In this document: positions 48,288 through 52,760 of the stretch, one piece after another | Position numbering within the stretch: the stretch's first letter is position 1 | How the letters are laid out: the number at the start of each line of letters is the position of its first letter | Source: Coriobacteriia bacterium | GTDB taxonomy: Bacteria > Actinomycetota > Coriobacteriia > WRKU01 > WQUG01 | DNA: 52,760 nt | Assembly: GCA_009784345.1 (NCBI GenBank) | Contig: WRBW01000003.1 | Location: forward strand, 1-52,760 | Direction of reading: 5' to 3' | Notes under the pieces: generated by a model | What the model was told of the DNA's origin: nothing | Seen by the model: the letters and a program-made list of their open reading frames with translations, nothing else | Databases searched by the model: none | Program-made: the position numbers and the translations under genes

Positions 48288-48307
48288 ATTGCGAATTGGG
48301 AACTAGG

Positions 48308-49507
48308 CTACTTCATGGTGTGGGGAATTTCTTCTGCTGTAATTACACCCCGCTCGGTGATGTAGCCCTTAATGTATTTTGCTGGTGTCACGTCAAAGGC
48401 AGGGTTAAAGCAGGACACATGCGTGGGGGTATTTTTGAACCATCCATCAAAGGAAAAGCCTCCGCCTTTGCGTGCGATGGACATGTGGTGACCCTTCGAC
48501 AAAGGAAGCTCTGCAGGTCCCTGAGCCGTCATCTTATCAAAGGCAGCAGAGATTTCTGGTGTAGTCGCATCAAAGGTGCCACTGACCGTAATCCCCTCGA
48601 TTTCCTTTTGATCGCGAACCTCGATTTCGATTTGCTTACCTTCTGCAAGCTCCAGATCGAAGGTGGTAGAAGGTGCTGCGATATAGAAAGGAATACCATG
48701 TTCTTTTGCCAGAATCGCAAGACCGTAGGTACCAATCTTATTAGCAGTGTCACCATTGGCACAAATCCGGTCTGCTCCGACGACAACGGCATCAACAAGA
48801 CCTTCTCCCATGACAAAGGCAGCCATATTGTCGCAGATGAGTTGTGAGGGGACGCCTGCAAAGAGGAGCTCCCAAGCCGTGAGTCTACCACCCTGATTAA
48901 CAGGGCGCGTTTCATCAACCCAGACATGCTCGACCTTATCCTGCAAGTGAGCCGAGTATATGACGCCCAGAGCGGTACCATAAAAAGTCGTAGCCAAAGA
49001 ACCTGCATTACAGTGCGTCAAGAATTTGGTCGGACCATCAAAGAGTGCTGCACCAAAGTCTCCCAAGGCACGATTTGCAGCCTCATCTTCTTCCATGACT
49101 TTATGAGCCTCTGCAATTAGTAAGTCCCTGATAGTTTCTGGGTTCATTGAGGATTGGACGCACTCCGCCAAGACAGCGCGAAGCCTGTTGACCTCGCGCG
49201 AGAGGTTCACCGCCGTGGGGCGAGCATCAGCCAGTTCATCACAAACCGTCATGGCTGCAGCCAGGTAGTCATCGCCTGCTGATTCGAAGTCCATGCCTTC
49301 CGTTGCGCTCCACAGGGCTACTCCTAGGGCGCCGGCAGCACCAATGGCGGGGGCGCCACGAACCGCCAGCGTTTTGATGGCAACAATGACGCCTTCGTAG
49401 GTGCTGCACACCAAAATGTCCCCTTGAAGGGGCAGGCGCGTCTGATCAATCATGTGAACGCTCGTGTCTTCCCACCAAATAGTTCTGGGTAGCTGTTCTA
49501 CTGACAT
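48308..49507 (-). CDS. mtnA: S-methyl-5-thioribose-1-phosphate isomerase
   Basis: DQTRLP, VRGAPAIG, RPTAVNL, LTHCNAGSLAT, DETRP, GADRI...NGDTANKIGTY, NPAFDVTP. Confidence 0.96.
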   Translation of the reverse strand: MSVEQLPRTIWWEDTSVHMIDQTRLPLQGDILVCSTYEGVIVAIKTLAVRGAPAIGAAGALGVALWSATEGMDFESAGDDYLAAAMTVCDELADARPTAVNLSREVNRLRAVLAECVQSSMNPETIRDLLIAEAHKVMEEDEAANRALGDFGAALFDGPTKFLTHCNAGSLATTFYGTALGVIYSAHLQDKVEHVWVDETRPVNQGGRLTAWELLFAGVPSQLICDNMAAFVMGEGLVDAVVVGADRICANGDTANKIGTYGLAILAKEHGIPFYIAAPSTTFDLELAEGKQIEIEVRDQKEIEGITVSGTFDATTPEISAAFDKMTAQGPAELPLSKGHHMSIARKGGGFSFDGWFKNTPTHVSCFNPAFDVTPAKYIKGYITERGVITAEEIPHTMK

Positions 49508-49576
49508 AGTTCCTCCTTGTTGTGTTGCAGCGGTCCTGTCAAAAGATGTTGAGATAGGCCTTTCGTGTTTCTGGGT

Positions 49577-50584
49577 CTATCTGGGGTCGAGTTCATTAAT
49601 GATGCCTTGCAGGTCTTCTGGCAAGTCGTCTTCAAAATGCATTTCCTCGCCGCTGATCGGGTGGGTGAAACGTATCTTGTAAGAATGCAGGAATTGACGC
49701 TGCAGATAATGATTGGCTGGCAGCGTGCCGCGCCCGTACGCGGGGTCACCCACGATGGGATGACCAATGTAACGCATATGAACGCGAATCTGGTGGGTTC
49801 GCCCGGTAAAGAGCTTGCATTCAAGCAGGGTAAAACCATCGTCATAGCGGCCGGGTTCGAAGCGTTCGATGACCTTGAAGGTCGTTTGCGCCTCTTTTGC
49901 CTTCTCGCTATCACTGATCTTCATGCGGAGTTTATCGCCCGGGGCTCGTCCTATGGGGGCATCGATGATTCCCGTTTCGGGTGCTATCCATCCGTGGACA
50001 AGTGCAAGATAGCGGCGATCTACGGCGCGTTCGCGAATGGCATCTTGCAGGCGGGACTGTGCCCTATCCGTTTTGCCCACCAGCATGAGGCCCGAGGTAT
50101 CCATGTCGAGGCGATGCACAATACCGGGGCGGTCGCCACCTTGGAGCTTGCCGAGCTCGAGGGAATGTGCAAGCAGTGCATTGACGAGCGTGCCGCTGTA
50201 GTGCCCCGGTGCTGGGTGAACTACCATGCCTGCCTCTTTAGACAGAACGATGATTTCGTCGTCCTCGAAGCGGATATCAAGCGGGATATATTCTGGTTCG
50301 AGATGAGAGCTGCGCGGTGGCGGGATGGTGATGCGCACATCGTCGCCTTCTTGCAGCAGGTATTTTTTTGCCTGAAGCACACCATTTACCAGCACGAGGC
50401 CTTCTTCGATGTATCTGGTCGCACGCGAGCGCGTTTCAACCTCTGGGATTGCCCCGACAAAGACATCAAGACGTTTCCCCGCGTCAGCTGCAAGAGCAAT
50501 GACCTCGATGGTTCGCGCATCAGGACCTGGCTCGAAGCTGTAGTCGTCGTCGAGAGAATCGAGATATCTGTGCTCATTCATCAT
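49577..50584 (-). CDS. rluD: RluD/RluA-family pseudouridine synthase with an S4 domain
   Basis: S4 (GKRLDVF...VLVNG), GMVVHPAPG, RPGIVHRLDMDTSG, TGRTHQIRVH; follows lspA. Confidence 0.9.
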   Translation of the reverse strand: MMNEHRYLDSLDDDYSFEPGPDARTIEVIALAADAGKRLDVFVGAIPEVETRSRATRYIEEGLVLVNGVLQAKKYLLQEGDDVRITIPPPRSSHLEPEYIPLDIRFEDDEIIVLSKEAGMVVHPAPGHYSGTLVNALLAHSLELGKLQGGDRPGIVHRLDMDTSGLMLVGKTDRAQSRLQDAIRERAVDRRYLALVHGWIAPETGIIDAPIGRAPGDKLRMKISDSEKAKEAQTTFKVIERFEPGRYDDGFTLLECKLFTGRTHQIRVHMRYIGHPIVGDPAYGRGTLPANHYLQRQFLHSYKIRFTHPISGEEMHFEDDLPEDLQGIINELDPR

Positions 50585-51296
50585 CAAGACCCTTTTCCCA
50601 ATCTTTGAGCTGCGTGCTCATGCGCTCGCGCAGGGGGCGCTTATCGACGCGTGATGGAGCAGTCTCTGCAGATTCGTCGCTTGAGGCCTCGCCCGTATCC
50701 CCCCGAGGCGAAGGTTCCTGTCCAGAAGGCTCGTCTGATCTTGTCGCAATTGATGCGTCGGCACTCATAGTGGGCGCAGGTGCGGGTGCGGGTGTGGTCG
50801 CTGGCTTTTCTTTGCTAAAAAGTTCGCGCCAGACGATATGTTTCGACTGGAACAAGAACCAGAACAGAAAGAGTGTGGCACCAAGCGTAATACCGATATC
50901 TGCAACATTGAAAACGGCAAAATTTATCAAACGAAAATCAAACATATCGATGACTGAATGGCTTATGACGCGGTCAAGCGTGTTGCCCAAGGCTCCTGCA
51001 AATACCAGAGCAGTTCCCACGACGACCGTCCACGCCTTGGGTCTTTCGGTCATCCAAAACCAGATAACCATGACGACGAGCAGTGCCATTGCCACAAAGA
51101 AAAGTTCGCGCTGGCCCTGCATCATCGAAAAAGCGGCACCGTAGTTGCGCACATAGGTCAGATGGAAGACATTGGGCCACACAGCGATGCTTTCGCGCAG
51201 CTCCATCGAGTTCGTCACCAACTGCTTCACGACAAAATCAAGCAGAAGCCAAAAGATGGCCACTGCTTGAAACATTTTTCGAGGCTCGGTGAGCAA
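50574..51296 (-). CDS. lspA: Lipoprotein signal peptidase II with a long C-terminal tail
   Basis: RNYGAAFS, GALGNTLDR, VIDMF, FNVADI; the ileS-lspA-rluD order is conserved. Confidence 0.95.
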   Translation of the reverse strand: MLTEPRKMFQAVAIFWLLLDFVVKQLVTNSMELRESIAVWPNVFHLTYVRNYGAAFSMMQGQRELFFVAMALLVVMVIWFWMTERPKAWTVVVGTALVFAGALGNTLDRVISHSVIDMFDFRLINFAVFNVADIGITLGATLFLFWFLFQSKHIVWRELFSKEKPATTPAPAPAPTMSADASIATRSDEPSGQEPSPRGDTGEASSDESAETAPSRVDKRPLRERMSTQLKDWEKGLDDE

Positions 51297-51310
51297 GCTT
51301 GTGCCCTCTT

Positions 51311-52760
51311 CTACGATACTTCGTAGTTGAGCTGCGTCAAGACTTCAGCGCAGCGCGCGCAGACATCTGGGTAGCGCTTGTCACTGCCAAAGGTGCGGTA
51401 GTTCCAGCAACGAGGACATTTCTCGAGTTGCGACTTTGCAATCTGCGCCGAAACAAGGCTGAGCTCTTCGCTATCATTGCCGTCAGCGTTGTCCTCGGCA
51501 CTTGCCACAGACTGAGCAGCAGATGCTTCTAGCTGCTTGAAATTGACCTCTGCCACAATGAACATTTCTTGCAAGACCTGAACATCAAGTTCTTGCAGGA
51601 CCGCAATCACATCAGCAGGCGCCGTGATAGTAACGACCGCTTCCTGACTCTTACCAATAAGCCCGGAGTTACGCGCTTCTTCGAGAGCCTTCGTGACCTG
51701 GTCACGCACCGCCAATACCTGATTAAAGGTAGCGACCAAGCTATCTGACTCTTCAGCGCACAGATTCAGCTCGAAGCTAGGCCAGTCACATAAATGGACG
51801 CTCTCCACCAGGTTTCCTGAAGCATCTTTTTTCCAGGCCTCATCCATGAAGCTCCAGGTCTCCTCTGCCGTAAAGGCAAGCACGGGCGCAAAGGTCCTGA
51901 CCAGCAGGCTCAGGGCAGCTGCCAGCACGGTCTGCGCGCTGCGACGCTCGAGGGACTGCGCTGCATCAGAATAGAGGCGGTCCTTCAAGACATCGATGTA
52001 GAGGGAAGAAAAGTCGCCCAGGAAGTCGATGGCTTCGCGCTGTGCGAGGTAGAACTTCCAATCGTCATTGCAGCTCGTGATGGTGGCGTGCAAGTCGCGC
52101 AGGCGAATCATCCAGTATTTGTCAGTCTGCAGGAGCTCTTTGTGGCTGAGTGCGTCCACTACTGGGTCAAAGTCGTGCGTATTGGCAAGCAGGAAGCGCA
52201 GGGAATTGCGGATTCTGCGATATGAATCTGACACGCGGGTCAGGATTTCATCAGAAATGCCCACGTCGCCGCTAAAGTCTGTCGTTGCGACCCAAAGGCG
52301 GATGATGTCTGCGCCCAGTTTATTGGTGATGTCGATAGGTGAAATCACGTTACCGATCGATTTGCTCATCTTGCGGCCTTCGCCGTCGACCGTGAAGCCG
52401 TGAGTCATGAGATTGTTAAAAGGAGCTTCGCCGTAGGCACCGATGCTCAAGAGATATGATGACTGGAACCAGCCGCGGTGCTGGTCTGAGCCTTCTAGGT
52501 ACATTTGTGCCGGACGGTGCAACTCTGGTCGAGCCTCGAGCACTGATGTGTGGCTGACGCCCGATTCCCACCAGACATCTACAATGTCAGTTTCCGGTGT
52601 CAGTTCGCTGCAGCCACATTTTTCGCAGGCCGTTCCCGCCGGCAGATAGTCAGCAGGATCGGTGGTAAACCAGGCATCTGCGCCGCGCTCTTTGAAAAGC
52701 GCGATGACGGCGTCAAAGGTCGCTTCATTTGCTACCACTTCACCGCACTGCGTGCAGCGG
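51311..52760 (-). CDS. ileS: Isoleucine-tRNA ligase, type 1 (5' part lies outside the window)
   Basis: DIVDVWWESG, YLEGSDQHRGWFQSS, KMSKS, C-terminal Zn finger CPRCW...CARC. Confidence 0.98.
   Translation of the reverse strand, partial: RCTQCGEVVANEATFDAVIALFKERGADAWFTTDPADYLPAGTACEKCGCSELTPETDIVDVWWESGVSHTSVLEARPELHRPAQMYLEGSDQHRGWFQSSYLLSIGAYGEAPFNNLMTHGFTVDGEGRKMSKSIGNVISPIDITNKLGADIIRLWVATTDFSGDVGISDEILTRVSDSYRRIRNSLRFLLANTHDFDPVVDALSHKELLQTDKYWMIRLRDLHATITSCNDDWKFYLAQREAIDFLGDFSSLYIDVLKDRLYSDAAQSLERRSAQTVLAAALSLLVRTFAPVLAFTAEETWSFMDEAWKKDASGNLVESVHLCDWPSFELNLCAEESDSLVATFNQVLAVRDQVTKALEEARNSGLIGKSQEAVVTITAPADVIAVLQELDVQVLQEMFIVAEVNFKQLEASAAQSVASAEDNADGNDSEELSLVSAQIAKSQLEKCPRCWNYRTFGSDKRYPDVCARCAEVLTQLNYEVS

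Noticed and set aside
49565-50608. 347-aa plus-strand ORF
   Set aside because: Antisense shadow of rluD.

Overview
Mostly core-genome DNA, with nearly all genes on the minus strand. Protein sequences and gene order suggest an actinobacterium of class Coriobacteriia (inference). The housekeeping blocks are: ileS'-lspA-rluD-mtnA; a polar amino-acid ABC transporter plus a U32 protein; adk-map and the infA-rpmJ-rpsM-rpsK-rpsD-rpoA-rplQ cluster; cmk-plsC-ispH-DUF512-der-plsY-gpsA-rpe; dapA-rnj-uppP-ftsK-rodZ-def-fmt-rsmB-glpX; tRNA-His; rpsB-tsf; and Asp23-fakA-degV-recG'. Several normally conserved operons are broken and rejoined. The most notable elements are non-coding or accessory. (1) A ~267-nt raiA-motif-like structured RNA (47062-47328, minus strand) lies between comF and a solute-binding protein gene, with compensatory base changes and extra insertions. 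(2) The same phased 11-bp TTTAAG/TTTCAT repeat array sits upstream of both comF and a 1.2-kaa thioester/Cna-B adhesin gene, and also covers the -35 region of the raiA RNA promoter, suggesting an undescribed regulon. (3) Three copies of a 105-125-nt palindromic repeat share an apical core that recurs inside the raiA RNA. (4) There is an XRE gene / operator / candidate sRNA cassette. (5) An orphan membrane protein carries a clear internal duplication. (6) A PASTA protein carries a degenerate amidase domain. I found no CRISPR array, rRNA, transposase or prophage.
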